Below are positions 15,490-25,423 of a DNA stretch of 46,658 bases, piece by piece. Below the pieces are notes generated by a model. It made no database searches, was not told the DNA's origin, and saw nothing but the letters and a program-made list of their open reading frames with translations. How positions within the stretch are numbered: position 1 is the first letter of the stretch; each line of letters starts with the position of its first letter. Location: contig PBPE01000045.1 of assembly GCA_002724585.1 (NCBI GenBank), forward strand, positions 1 through 46,658. The letters run 5' to 3'. This DNA is from Dehalococcoidia bacterium (GTDB lineage Bacteria > Chloroflexota > Dehalococcoidia > Lucifugimonadales > UBA3495). Both the position numbers and the translations under genes were made by a program.

Positions 15490-18081
15490 ATGGTGTCCCT
15501 GCTTCGTAAGATGATAGGCGATAGCAGTGAAAAAACTGCTGAGAAGCTCATTCCAATTGTAAATAAAATTAATAACCTGGAAGACGAAATTAGACGCTTA
15601 GCTGATACTGAGTTGTTTGCGAAGACGCAACAATTTAAGGATCGGTTAGGTTTTGGTGAAACACTCGATGATTTGTTAGTTGAAGCTTATGCAGTTTTAC
15701 GTGAGACTGCTCGCAGGACCATTGGGCAACGTCACTACGATGCACAGCTCATTGGTGGGATAGTCCTTCATAATGGCCAAATAGCGGAGATGCGGACTGG
15801 TGAAGGAAAAACACTGGCAGCGACTTTACCTACATATCTGAATGCTCTGACTGGAAAAGGGGTACATGTAGTTACAGTAAATGATTACTTGTCCCGGCGA
15901 GATCCCGTTTGGATGGGACCTATCTACCATGCTTTGGGGTTAACGGTGGGTTGTCTGCAGCATGGTGGAGATTTTATTTTTGATCCTGATGTTGAAAATG
16001 GACCGGATGGTACCAAATACCTCAAGCCGGCAACTCGTTCAGATGCTTATGCGACTGATGTTCTGTACGGAACAAACAATGAATTTGGGTTTGATTATCT
16101 AAGAGATAATATGGCGGTAGAAGCGGCAGAGTTAGTTCAACGCGATCTTAATTTCGCCATAGTGGATGAGGTTGACAACATTCTCATAGATGAAGCCAGA
16201 ACACCGCTTATAATCAGCGGACCCGCTCAGGATCCGGTCGATCATTATTATACCTTTTCTAGATTAGTGCCACGGTTGCATGCGGAAGAAGACTTTACAA
16301 TTGATGAACGCACTCAAGCGATATCTATGACTCCTGAAGCGATCGAAAAAATAGAAGGTTGGATTAAAGTTGATAATCTATATGATCCGGAAAACTATCA
16401 CCTGGTTCATTATGTAGAGAACGCGCTAACAGCTCATGTGCAGAAGAAGCGTGACAAGGACTATGTAATACGAGATGGTGAAGTTGTCATAGTTGATGAA
16501 TTTACAGGCAGATTACAGTTTGGTAGAAGATGGTCAGATGGCCTTCATCAGGCAGTTGAAGCTAAAGAAGGGATAAAAATTCAAAGAGAGAGTATTACAT
16601 ATGCGACGGTCACCCTTCAAAATTATTTTCGGATGTACCAAAAATTATCAGGAATGACGGGTACGGCAGCAACAGAGGCTGATGAGTTTTACAAAATTTA
16701 TGGATTAGAAGTAGCCACAATACCAACAAATCTGCCGATGGTAAGAGGCGATGCGTCAGACATGGTCTATCAAACCAGAGAAGCGAAATGGAAAGCAGTC
16801 GTTGAAGATATTGTTAAAGTGAATGAAAGCGGAAGACCGGTTTTAGTCGGTACTACTTCAGTGGAATCATCTGAAGAGCTGAGTGGCGTTTTAAAGCTCA
16901 GAGGAGTGGAGCATCAAGTTCTAAATGCCAAAAATCATGAACACGAGGCGTCCATTATTGCTCAAGCAGGGCGGCTGAATGCGGTTACAGTGTCAACTAA
17001 TATGGCCGGTAGAGGGACAGATATCGTACTAGGAGGATCGGATACCTCGAGATCTGATTGGGGGCAAGAACATTCACAAGTCGTTGAATTAGGCGGATTG
17101 CATGTTATTGGAACTGAACATCATGATGCCAGGCGAGTAGATAATCAGCTAAGAGGGCGTTCAGGAAGGCAGGGAGATCCTGGTAGCTCCCAATTTTATG
17201 TCTCTTTAGAAGATGAGTTAATGCAGAGATTTGGGGGAGAACGCATTAAATCAGTTATGAGTTGGACTGGCATGGAGGAAGATTTGCCAGTTGAGAATAA
17301 GCTGATAACTAAATCGATTGGTGGGGCGCAAGTTAAGGTGGAAGGATATCATTTCGATATCAGGAAGCACCTGCTTAATTTTGATGATGTTTTAAATACC
17401 CAGAGAGAGATTATATACAGCGATCGTCAGAGGATTCTTAGGGGTGATAATCTGAGAGAGCGTATTTTGGGTATGGTCAGACAAGAATTTGATGATCTGA
17501 TCAGGCAATTTCTCCCATCGCGCCATAGTGATGATTGGAATGCATTAGGGTTCATATCTGAATTGCAATTGATATGTGACTTACCCGACGAGATCAAGAA
17601 TGAAGAACAACTAATTACTTATCGCAAAGATGCTGTCGAAAAAATCCTAGCAGATCATGCTGAGTCTGTTTATTCTGCATGGGAAAATGCATTAGGGGAT
17701 GAAGCTAGAGAGGCGGAACGTCTTCTGTTGTTGCGGGCGATAGATTTTCATTGGGTTCAGCATCTGACGACTATGGAAAATCTTAGGACAGGCATAAGTC
17801 TGCATGCTATTGGACAGAGGGATCCGTTGGTGATGTACCGCACGGAGGGGCACAAAACATTCCAGGAGTTACTCCAGCGCATGCAGCACGACGTAGTACA
17901 TACACTTTTTCATGTAGATGTGGGTCAGGAAGCTAGGGCAAGCGGCAGGCGTGGTAGTTCAAGCAAGCCTGTGACTAATAGCGCTCGTGTTTCTCCTGGT
18001 GGCCCTAAGATAGGTAGGAATACCACGTGTCCTTGCGGCAGCGGGCGTAAATATAAGCGCTGTTGTGGTGCGAATACTTAG
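15490..18081 (+). CDS. secA: Preprotein translocase ATPase SecA
   Basis: MRTGEGKTL (Walker A), IVDEVDNILIDEARTPLIISG, GRSGRQGDPGSS, and the C-terminal zinc motif CPCGSGRKYKRCCG. Confidence 0.97.
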   Translation: MVSLLRKMIGDSSEKTAEKLIPIVNKINNLEDEIRRLADTELFAKTQQFKDRLGFGETLDDLLVEAYAVLRETARRTIGQRHYDAQLIGGIVLHNGQIAEMRTGEGKTLAATLPTYLNALTGKGVHVVTVNDYLSRRDPVWMGPIYHALGLTVGCLQHGGDFIFDPDVENGPDGTKYLKPATRSDAYATDVLYGTNNEFGFDYLRDNMAVEAAELVQRDLNFAIVDEVDNILIDEARTPLIISGPAQDPVDHYYTFSRLVPRLHAEEDFTIDERTQAISMTPEAIEKIEGWIKVDNLYDPENYHLVHYVENALTAHVQKKRDKDYVIRDGEVVIVDEFTGRLQFGRRWSDGLHQAVEAKEGIKIQRESITYATVTLQNYFRMYQKLSGMTGTAATEADEFYKIYGLEVATIPTNLPMVRGDASDMVYQTREAKWKAVVEDIVKVNESGRPVLVGTTSVESSEELSGVLKLRGVEHQVLNAKNHEHEASIIAQAGRLNAVTVSTNMAGRGTDIVLGGSDTSRSDWGQEHSQVVELGGLHVIGTEHHDARRVDNQLRGRSGRQGDPGSSQFYVSLEDELMQRFGGERIKSVMSWTGMEEDLPVENKLITKSIGGAQVKVEGYHFDIRKHLLNFDDVLNTQREIIYSDRQRILRGDNLRERILGMVRQEFDDLIRQFLPSRHSDDWNALGFISELQLICDLPDEIKNEEQLITYRKDAVEKILADHAESVYSAWENALGDEAREAERLLLLRAIDFHWVQHLTTMENLRTGISLHAIGQRDPLVMYRTEGHKTFQELLQRMQHDVVHTLFHVDVGQEARASGRRGSSSKPVTNSARVSPGGPKIGRNTTCPCGSGRKYKRCCGANT

Positions 18082-18305
18082 CGACCTTTTTTAAATAATC
18101 TTAAAAGTAGTGGCTCCGGTTTTGGTGAGGCCATAGGTAAGCCTTTCCAGTCATCTGCCAGATAGGTTTGTGGATCTTTCTGGAAAGCTATTCTACATCC
18201 AGGGGCGCAAAAATAATAAGTTTTATCTTCGTGATCGAACGATCCCCCAGAAGGATTTTCCGTATCTACTTTCATCAAACATATAGGGTCTATGGCATCA
18301 GGCAA
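18078..18305 (-). CDS. YHS/TRASH-domain metal-binding protein
   Basis: CLMKV...YYFCAPGCRIAFQKDPQTY is the YHS-domain pattern. It lies 30 nt downstream of copA on the same strand. Confidence 0.75.
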   Translation of the reverse strand: MPDAIDPICLMKVDTENPSGGSFDHEDKTYYFCAPGCRIAFQKDPQTYLADDWKGLPMASPKPEPLLLRLFKKGR

Positions 18306-18335
18306 CTGTAAGTTCCTTTCAATTTTGATATTTGA

Positions 18336-20837
18336 TTATCTGCTTGCTCTTAAGCGTAGTGAATTTGTAACTACTGTAACTGAGCTTATAGCCATTGCAC
18401 AAGCAGCTACTATTGGGTTGAGGAAACCAGAATCACCAATCAAGAAATACATGTAAGTAGGAACGGATCCGTATAAGTTAAATATAGGATATAGTAATCC
18501 CGCAGCTACAGGAATGAGCAAGATATTGTAGAAGAATGCCCAGAATAGGTTTTGTTTTATGATACGTATTGTCGAATGGCTTAACTCCAGAGATTTTCCT
18601 ACCGATGTTAGGTCGTTTCTGATTAATGTTATATCAGACGCTGCGACCGATATATCGGACCCTGAGCCCATAGCGATTCCCACATCAGCTTGTGCTAACG
18701 CTGCGGCATCATTAACGCCGTCGCCCACCATTGCAACAATCCTTCCCTGAGATTGCAAGTCTTTGATTGCTGCCACTTTATCAGCGGGGAGAAGTCCGGA
18801 CCGGACTGCCGGGATGCCTACTTCATTCGCTATGCACTGGGCGGTTTCAGAAGTGTCTCCCGTAGCGATTTCTATCTCTAATCCCATATTAGCCAAGGCA
18901 GCCACGGCATATGAAGAGCTTGGTCTAGCTGTATCGGCAATTCCAATTAGTCCTAAGCATGTGGCATTTTCAGAGACGTATATTGGCGTTTTCCCTGAGC
19001 TCCCCAAATTTTGCTCGTTTGTATGCATATGTTTGATATTAATATTTTCCGAAGCCATCATCGCTGCGTTACCGACACAAATAGTTTTAGCGTCGATATA
19101 GGCTTTTACTCCAAGCCCCTGAAAAGATTCAAATGAATCGGCTTGATCGATAATGATCCCTCGATCAGCAGCGGCCTCGAGAACAGAGCGGGCTAGAGGG
19201 TGCTCAGAATATTTTTCTGCTGAAGCCGCCATGGATAATATGTAATTAGAGTCATAGTCGTGATCAGGAGCAGGAATGATATCCGTTAATGAGGGCTTGC
19301 CTTCAGTGATAGTTCCAGTTTTATCTAGTACGAGATAATCTATTTTATGCAGTGTCTCTAGTGCTTCAGCACTATGAATTAATATCCCATTTTGAGCGGC
19401 CTTGCCGATACCAACTATAATTGCTGTGGGCGTAGCCAGTCCCAGAGCGCAAGGACAGGCTATTATAAGCACTGATACTAGTACAAGCGTGGCCACAGTA
19501 ATTTGTGGATCGGGTCCTAGAACCATCCAAGAAAGAAATGCTATAAGAGCTACTATGCCCACGGCCGGAACGAAATACGCTGCTACTTTGTCTGCGATTC
19601 TCTGGATAGGAGCCTTAGAAGCTTGAGCCTCTTCGACTAGTCTTATTATATTCGATAAGACCGTGTTGGAGCCTACTTCCGTTGCTCGGAACTTGAAGTA
19701 CCCGTTATGGTTTAGGCTGGCTGCATATACAGGATCCCCCTTTGATTTGTCCACGGGGAGACTCTCGCCGCTTATCATGGATTCATCTACGCTTGAGTGC
19801 CCTTCCACAATTTCTCCGTCAGCTGGAATACCGTCTCCTGGTTTTATGATTATTAGATCATCTATTTTGAGGAGGTCTATAGAAACCTTAGTCTCTTGCC
19901 CGTCGGTTTCTATATTCGCAGTTGTCGGCTGCATCTGAATTAATTGACTGATGGCTTCTGATGTTCGGTTTAGAGACCGAGATTCTAAATATCTACCAAA
20001 TATTACAAGCGTGATAATAATTGCAGCCGTGCCAAAAAACAGATCATCATTAAGGCCGGATAATAACAGTAATTGAGGAGATACAAAGCTTAGTGCAACT
20101 ATGAATGAACTGTACCCATATGCGACACTAGTACCAAGCGCTACTAGAGTGTGCATGTTCGGGCTACCGTGCTTCAACGCCTTTATTCCAGACGAATAAA
20201 ACATCCATCCTGTCCAGAATTGTATCGGAGTTGCTATAGCCCATATAGAGAGTTTATAAGCTGGGATTGTCTTTAAATATGTGACCCAGGGGAATAGCTC
20301 AAATGATACTGTGAATATTAGGAACGAGCCGATTATTGAGAAGATTAATCGGGATTGAAGATGTTTTGTATGGTCGGTGCGGTCCGGATAATTTTCTCTA
20401 AGGTCTAAGTTGGTGGTATTCGCTTTATATCCGGATTGTGCTACTGAATTCTGCAGATCGTCTATGTTAAGCAATCCTGGCACGAATTCGACTGAGGCAT
20501 TTCCTGTGGCTAAATTGACGCTAGAGTGAGTAATTCCCGATACGGTGTTCAAAGCGGCTTCAACGTGGCTCACACAGGCCGAGCAAGTCATGCCTTCTAC
20601 GCGTATCATTCTATTCTCTGTTCCGACTTGATAGCCAGCATTAGAAACGGTCTCTTGAATTAGAGATGTTGATATGTCTGTATCCATCCGAATTAAGGCT
20701 CTGTTAGTCGCCAGGTTAACTGAAGACTCGACTATCCCATCGATACTGGACAAAGCAGCCTCGACGTGGGAAACACATGCTGCACATGTCATGCCGTTTA
20801 TTGGGATACTGACTTGCTTATTTGATTGATTTTCCAT
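18336..20837 (-). CDS. copA: Copper-translocating P1B-type ATPase with two N-terminal HMA domains
   Basis: GMTCAACVSHV and GMTCSACVSHV (HMA domains), transmembrane CPC (IIACPCALGLATP), DKTGTIT phosphorylation site, and GDGVNDAAAL hinge. Confidence 0.95.
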   Translation of the reverse strand: MENQSNKQVSIPINGMTCAACVSHVEAALSSIDGIVESSVNLATNRALIRMDTDISTSLIQETVSNAGYQVGTENRMIRVEGMTCSACVSHVEAALNTVSGITHSSVNLATGNASVEFVPGLLNIDDLQNSVAQSGYKANTTNLDLRENYPDRTDHTKHLQSRLIFSIIGSFLIFTVSFELFPWVTYLKTIPAYKLSIWAIATPIQFWTGWMFYSSGIKALKHGSPNMHTLVALGTSVAYGYSSFIVALSFVSPQLLLLSGLNDDLFFGTAAIIITLVIFGRYLESRSLNRTSEAISQLIQMQPTTANIETDGQETKVSIDLLKIDDLIIIKPGDGIPADGEIVEGHSSVDESMISGESLPVDKSKGDPVYAASLNHNGYFKFRATEVGSNTVLSNIIRLVEEAQASKAPIQRIADKVAAYFVPAVGIVALIAFLSWMVLGPDPQITVATLVLVSVLIIACPCALGLATPTAIIVGIGKAAQNGILIHSAEALETLHKIDYLVLDKTGTITEGKPSLTDIIPAPDHDYDSNYILSMAASAEKYSEHPLARSVLEAAADRGIIIDQADSFESFQGLGVKAYIDAKTICVGNAAMMASENINIKHMHTNEQNLGSSGKTPIYVSENATCLGLIGIADTARPSSSYAVAALANMGLEIEIATGDTSETAQCIANEVGIPAVRSGLLPADKVAAIKDLQSQGRIVAMVGDGVNDAAALAQADVGIAMGSGSDISVAASDITLIRNDLTSVGKSLELSHSTIRIIKQNLFWAFFYNILLIPVAAGLLYPIFNLYGSVPTYMYFLIGDSGFLNPIVAACAMAISSVTVVTNSLRLRASR

Positions 20838-20968
20838 ATTTGCTTCGCTCTTAACGTCATTGTAATACGGTAATTGCTTTGTGTGCTATTGATCCAGTGT
20901 CCGAACTCCTTGACATATCAGAGGGTTAGTATCAGGATTACACCTACCTAGATTGTGAGGCGCCCTGC

Positions 20969-22330
20969 ATGTCTAAGTTTAACTTACAGCCTAACTCCAT
21001 GGTGTTTGCTGGTAAAAACGTGCACTATGCTTGGTTTATAGTTCTTGCAGCTGCTGTGATGAGATTAGCCACTTCGGGAGTTAGGACTTCTTCTAGTATC
21101 TTACTCCCTGTAATAGTGGACTTCTTCCATTGGAGCTATGGGGCCGTTGGGATAGGGTTTTCACTACAATGGATTGTCTCGGGTTTATTTGGACCTACCG
21201 CAGGTTGGCTAGGAGACCGGTACGGTGCTCGATGGACAATGGCTATTGGTGGGGTGCTATTCCTGATTGGAATGGCTGCAACTGGGATGATCGGATATAT
21301 GGGTTCTCACTTGTGGCAGTTTTATCTATTTTTTGGTGTTATCGTCAGTCTTTCAATGGCTATTTTTCAAGTTCCCTTGACTGTTTCAGTAACCTTGTGG
21401 TTTAGAAAGCGTCTCGGTGTAGGCATGGGAATCTTACAATCATCTCAAGGATTGGGTCCTCTGGTTTGGGGGCCGATAATGTTGCTCATACTGAATCAAT
21501 TGGGTCTTTCATGGGCATTCATATTACCTGGAGTAGGTGGCGGGTTAATATTATTATCCTTGGTTTTTGTCTTTTATAATGAACCGGCGGACATTGGGCT
21601 ACGGCCTTTCGGAGCAGATGAGAGCGAACCGATTCAAAAATCTCAAAAAGGTGAAGCAGCCAAGGTTCGGACAAAAACCTTCCTTCATAGAGCATGGAGG
21701 ACACCAGCTTTTTGGAACCTTATAGGAATTCACTATTGGGGTTGTGCCGGGCATGCCATTATCCTAGTTTATTTAGTCGCAATGGCTGTAGATAGAGGCC
21801 TAAGTCTCGGAGCGGCAGGCGGAGCATTTGTGACTTTGTCTGTCACAAGTACGATTACTCGTTTCGGGGTTCCAATAGCAGCCGACAGCATAGGAAGCAA
21901 ATGGGTGATGGCTACCTGTTTCTTCTTACAAGTTCTTCCTATCTTTATATTGTTTTTCGCTACTGAAGTATGGATGTTTTATGCCTTTGCTGTCCTTTTC
22001 GGGATTGGATTCGGAGGGGAGATGAGTGCATTCCCTATAATAAATCGCCAATATTATGGTAGAGCGCCGGTTGGGACTACTTACGGATGGCAAATGATGG
22101 GTGCTGGGCTGGGAATGGCTACTGGGGCAGTTTTGGGCGGTATTCTTAGAGACGTTACGGGAACGTTCACAGCTACAATGGTTTTGTCATTAGTTCTTAG
22201 TGCCATTGGTGTACTTTCAATAATCCTTTTACCTACCACCCACAAAGAGCAAGTTCCTGACTGGGAAGATTTTCTACCAGACAATGCGGGAGCTGGAGAA
22301 TCTCAGACATCTCCAGCACAAGGTGATTAG
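20969..22330 (+). CDS. MFS transporter
   Basis: 453 aa and about 12 TM helices. N-terminal HYAWFIVLAAA motif, and a GDRYGARW loop motif. Confidence 0.85.
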   Translation: MSKFNLQPNSMVFAGKNVHYAWFIVLAAAVMRLATSGVRTSSSILLPVIVDFFHWSYGAVGIGFSLQWIVSGLFGPTAGWLGDRYGARWTMAIGGVLFLIGMAATGMIGYMGSHLWQFYLFFGVIVSLSMAIFQVPLTVSVTLWFRKRLGVGMGILQSSQGLGPLVWGPIMLLILNQLGLSWAFILPGVGGGLILLSLVFVFYNEPADIGLRPFGADESEPIQKSQKGEAAKVRTKTFLHRAWRTPAFWNLIGIHYWGCAGHAIILVYLVAMAVDRGLSLGAAGGAFVTLSVTSTITRFGVPIAADSIGSKWVMATCFFLQVLPIFILFFATEVWMFYAFAVLFGIGFGGEMSAFPIINRQYYGRAPVGTTYGWQMMGAGLGMATGAVLGGILRDVTGTFTATMVLSLVLSAIGVLSIILLPTTHKEQVPDWEDFLPDNAGAGESQTSPAQGD

Positions 22331-22381
22331 TCAGCACTCACATAAATAAAACGGCATGTGTATGGATTTAGGAGGCTAATA

Positions 22382-23806
22382 GTGTTGGATTTTATTATCC
22401 GTAATGGGCAAGTTGTCACACCATGGGGAGTTGGTGATTGGGATATAGCTGTTCAAGGAGAGAAAATAGCGGCTGTAGCTGCTAATGGAACTATGTCCGA
22501 TGAAACGGCTAGGATAATCGACGCGACGGGCAAAGTTGTTGTGCCAGGAGGGATAGAGCCTCATGCACACATAGCCGCTCCGATTATGGGTCCAGGTAAT
22601 TTAACTACGGCTCCTCCGCCCGAAGTCAGTAGAGCTGCCTTATTTGGTGGGACGACTACCTTAATGGATTTTGCAATTCAATACCCTGGAATAGACATAC
22701 CGGCAGCGATATCTGAAAGGACGGATGTATGGAAGGGGAAATCCTATGCAGATTATGCTCATCACCTAATGTTGCTAGGAGATATTCCGGATCCAATACT
22801 AGAATCATTGCATGAACATATAGAGGACGGATTTGCCTCTGTAAAAATATTTACAACAAACATCAGGCCACCAGAAATGTCAGGAGAACCAAGAATGGTC
22901 CGGATGGGACATTTGCATGATCTGATGGAGCAAATACAGAGAAATAACGCGATGCTGCTAGTTCATTCCGAAGACGACGATATGGTACAACACATGTATC
23001 AGAAATTGGCACGAGAGGAAAGGAATGAATGGTGGAATATGCACCTTGTTCACAGTAATGAGTCCGAAGATGTGTCATTTAGAAGGGTAATACGAGTGTC
23101 TGAATGGACGGGGTCCCCGGTTTATTTTGTTCATGTCAGTGCTAGACAGGGAATTAATGCTATTGGTGAGGCAAGGTCTAACGGTCAAGCTATTTATGGC
23201 GAAACTTTACATAATTACTGTTGTTTTAATGCGGAGAATTATAAAGAAGAGAATGGTATGAAATACCACACATATCCCTCACTTAAATCTCCTGAAGATC
23301 AAGAGTCTTTGTGGAAAGGTATTGTTCAGAGCGGTCTCCATACAATGGCAACCGACGAGTATTGCACAGATTGGAATCTTAAAATACAAGGCAAGACAGT
23401 CAGGGACGTAACCGGTGGACACAATGGGGCTGAAACCCGTGTGGGTGTGACATATAGTGAGGGAGTTTCACGGAGAGGCATGTCGCTGCAGCGATTTGTT
23501 GATATTACCTCGACGAACGCGGCGAAGATTATGGGTTTGTATCCACGAAAAGGAGTAATCGCTCCTGGCAGTGATGCGGATATTGTCTTCATAGACCCGA
23601 GTATACAAAGACCATTGACAATGAATGATTTTCATATATCTGATTACAGTATTTGGGAAGGCTTTCAAGCTGCAGGTTGGCCTGTGATGACGATGTTGAG
23701 AGGCCAAATAGCTGTCGAGAATGGTGAACTTAAAACTGATATAGGAACAGGGAAGTTCATACCTAGAAAAGTCCAGCCTGACGTAGTAAACAGACCTTCA
23801 TGCTAA
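22382..23806 (+). CDS. Cyclic amidohydrolase (dihydropyrimidinase / D-hydantoinase family)
   Basis: GGIEPHAHI (HxH metal site), ASVKIFT (candidate carbamylated Lys), LVHSED, YFVHVS, and GSDADIVFIDP. A GTG start at 22382 with GGAGG at 22371-22375 is preferred over the ATG at 22358. Confidence 0.85.
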   Translation: MLDFIIRNGQVVTPWGVGDWDIAVQGEKIAAVAANGTMSDETARIIDATGKVVVPGGIEPHAHIAAPIMGPGNLTTAPPPEVSRAALFGGTTTLMDFAIQYPGIDIPAAISERTDVWKGKSYADYAHHLMLLGDIPDPILESLHEHIEDGFASVKIFTTNIRPPEMSGEPRMVRMGHLHDLMEQIQRNNAMLLVHSEDDDMVQHMYQKLAREERNEWWNMHLVHSNESEDVSFRRVIRVSEWTGSPVYFVHVSARQGINAIGEARSNGQAIYGETLHNYCCFNAENYKEENGMKYHTYPSLKSPEDQESLWKGIVQSGLHTMATDEYCTDWNLKIQGKTVRDVTGGHNGAETRVGVTYSEGVSRRGMSLQRFVDITSTNAAKIMGLYPRKGVIAPGSDADIVFIDPSIQRPLTMNDFHISDYSIWEGFQAAGWPVMTMLRGQIAVENGELKTDIGTGKFIPRKVQPDVVNRPSC

Positions 23807-23995
23807 TTGCAAAATAGATTGGTCTCGTCGGATTGGTTGGCCCGCGTCAATCCGCATATGTGCTTGTCTGTGTGGCTCAGTGGTTATGGAAGCTAATCTT
23901 TATGTATGTATCAATGGTTAGTAAAAATGATTGTTGCATATGGGTTGTGAGCGAGGGGACTTGATCGCTACTGCGGAAATGGTAAATACAAACTA

Positions 23996-25375
23996 ATGAA
24001 TAATCCGACAAAACAAAAATCATCTACCACTAAACCTCGCGTATTTTATGGTTGGTGGATAGTTTTAGCCAGTCTCGTAGCTGATGCTATGAAACACGGA
24101 ACTTTCAACAGAGGATTTACTGTTTATGTTGTTCCAATCCAGGCAGAGCTTGGAATAAGTACTGCTGCAATAGGATTTGCTGATAGTCTTGGCCGATTAG
24201 CAGGTGGTATTCAAGGCCCTTTGGTTGGGTATTTGACTGATCGATTCGGTCCGAGAGTCATGTTGATTTTTGGTGGAGTGATGTCTGGGGTCGGTTTTAT
24301 GCTCCTAGCTTTCACTCAGAGTTACCTTTCTTTTGTTCTGATATTCCTTGGAATGCTATCAGTGGGATTTCGATCCGGGTACAACAACGCTTCAGCGGCA
24401 GCAGTTAACAATTGGTTTAGGCGCCGTAGGGGTTTTGCGATGTCCGTAGTTTCTATTGGAAACGGGCTTGGAGGACTTGTTGCACCTCTTACGGCTTGGC
24501 TAGTTGTTGCAGTTGGATGGCGTCCCGCGGTATTCATTTCGGGTGTTGCGATAATAGTAATTGTGCTTCCGTTGAGTATTGTCATAAAACGGACTCCTGA
24601 AAATATAGGCTTATTGCCAGATGGGGATATGCCGATTGACTCATCTGACCAGCCTGCCGACAGAGACGTAGAGCAGCAAGTTGTAACTTCAGGAGTCGTA
24701 GATGATGTTGAATTAGATTTTACCGCTAAAGAAGCTATGAAAACTCCATCGTATTGGTTGTTAGTTGCCGCTACTGGATTACGGAACACGGTCCATTCTG
24801 GGGCTACCTTTATGCTTGCGCCAGTAGTGATCTGGTTTTTGCAGGGATCTGTTAATAACGATGATTCTGCAGCTATTCGAATGTCGGCACTGTTCGTCGG
24901 TTTGGTTGCGGTATGTATAGTTTGTTTTGGCCCTGTGGTCGGCGTATGGGGCGACAGATGGTCTAGAAAGCACTATATAAATAAAAAGAAAGTTAGCTCT
25001 GTCTGTATGATTGTAGGCGCAGCTTCGTTTTTGTTTTTATTAGATCAGAGTGGGAATCTTTGGCAACTGACTATTTTCGCGATCATGTTAGGATTTGCGG
25101 AAAGCGCCAACTCACTGAACTGGGCACTAATGGGTGATTTATACGGTCGTTCCGCATATGCGACTCTTCGGGGATGGCAGCACTTACCAGATCAGTTATT
25201 GTCCATGTGGACTTCGGCCTGGATGGGGCTAATCTACGATTTTACAGGCAGTTATTATTGGGCATTGGTACCGCTGGTGATCTGCTATCTTCTCTCGGCT
25301 GTAGGTTATTGGATTATTCCTGTCCCTAAACTTCCTGAGCGGCTAAGAAACCGTATCTCGGAAAATGCATCTTGA
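23996..25375 (+). CDS. MFS transporter
   Basis: 459 aa and multi-TM. N-terminal FYGWWIVLAS motif as in the tandem MFS pair, and a TDRFGPR loop motif. Confidence 0.8.
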   Translation: MNNPTKQKSSTTKPRVFYGWWIVLASLVADAMKHGTFNRGFTVYVVPIQAELGISTAAIGFADSLGRLAGGIQGPLVGYLTDRFGPRVMLIFGGVMSGVGFMLLAFTQSYLSFVLIFLGMLSVGFRSGYNNASAAAVNNWFRRRRGFAMSVVSIGNGLGGLVAPLTAWLVVAVGWRPAVFISGVAIIVIVLPLSIVIKRTPENIGLLPDGDMPIDSSDQPADRDVEQQVVTSGVVDDVELDFTAKEAMKTPSYWLLVAATGLRNTVHSGATFMLAPVVIWFLQGSVNNDDSAAIRMSALFVGLVAVCIVCFGPVVGVWGDRWSRKHYINKKKVSSVCMIVGAASFLFLLDQSGNLWQLTIFAIMLGFAESANSLNWALMGDLYGRSAYATLRGWQHLPDQLLSMWTSAWMGLIYDFTGSYYWALVPLVICYLLSAVGYWIIPVPKLPERLRNRISENAS

Positions 25376-25423
25376 ACGAGAGTGTTTAGCTCATAATCGA
25401 GGTTGATACACTAATAGAGTGGA

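Noticed and set aside
18559-19938. Several plus-strand ORFs (63-112 aa) inside copA
   Set aside because: They are antisense shadows of a confidently assigned P-type ATPase gene. Their products are Ala/Ser/Pro-rich mirror translations with no start context.
20838-20968. CsoR/CueR-type operator or clear promoter upstream of copA
   Set aside because: I saw only a short ATCAG direct repeat and weak hexamers. There is no convincing inverted repeat or spacing, so no call is made.
23829-23854. Hairpin CGGATTG-12nt-CAATCCG after the hydantoinase gene as a terminator
   Set aside because: A 7-bp stem with a large loop and no following U tract. This is too weak to annotate.
24322-24789. 155-aa minus-strand ORF inside the third MFS gene
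   Set aside because: Entirely antisense to a well-supported transporter gene, with no RBS and no motifs.
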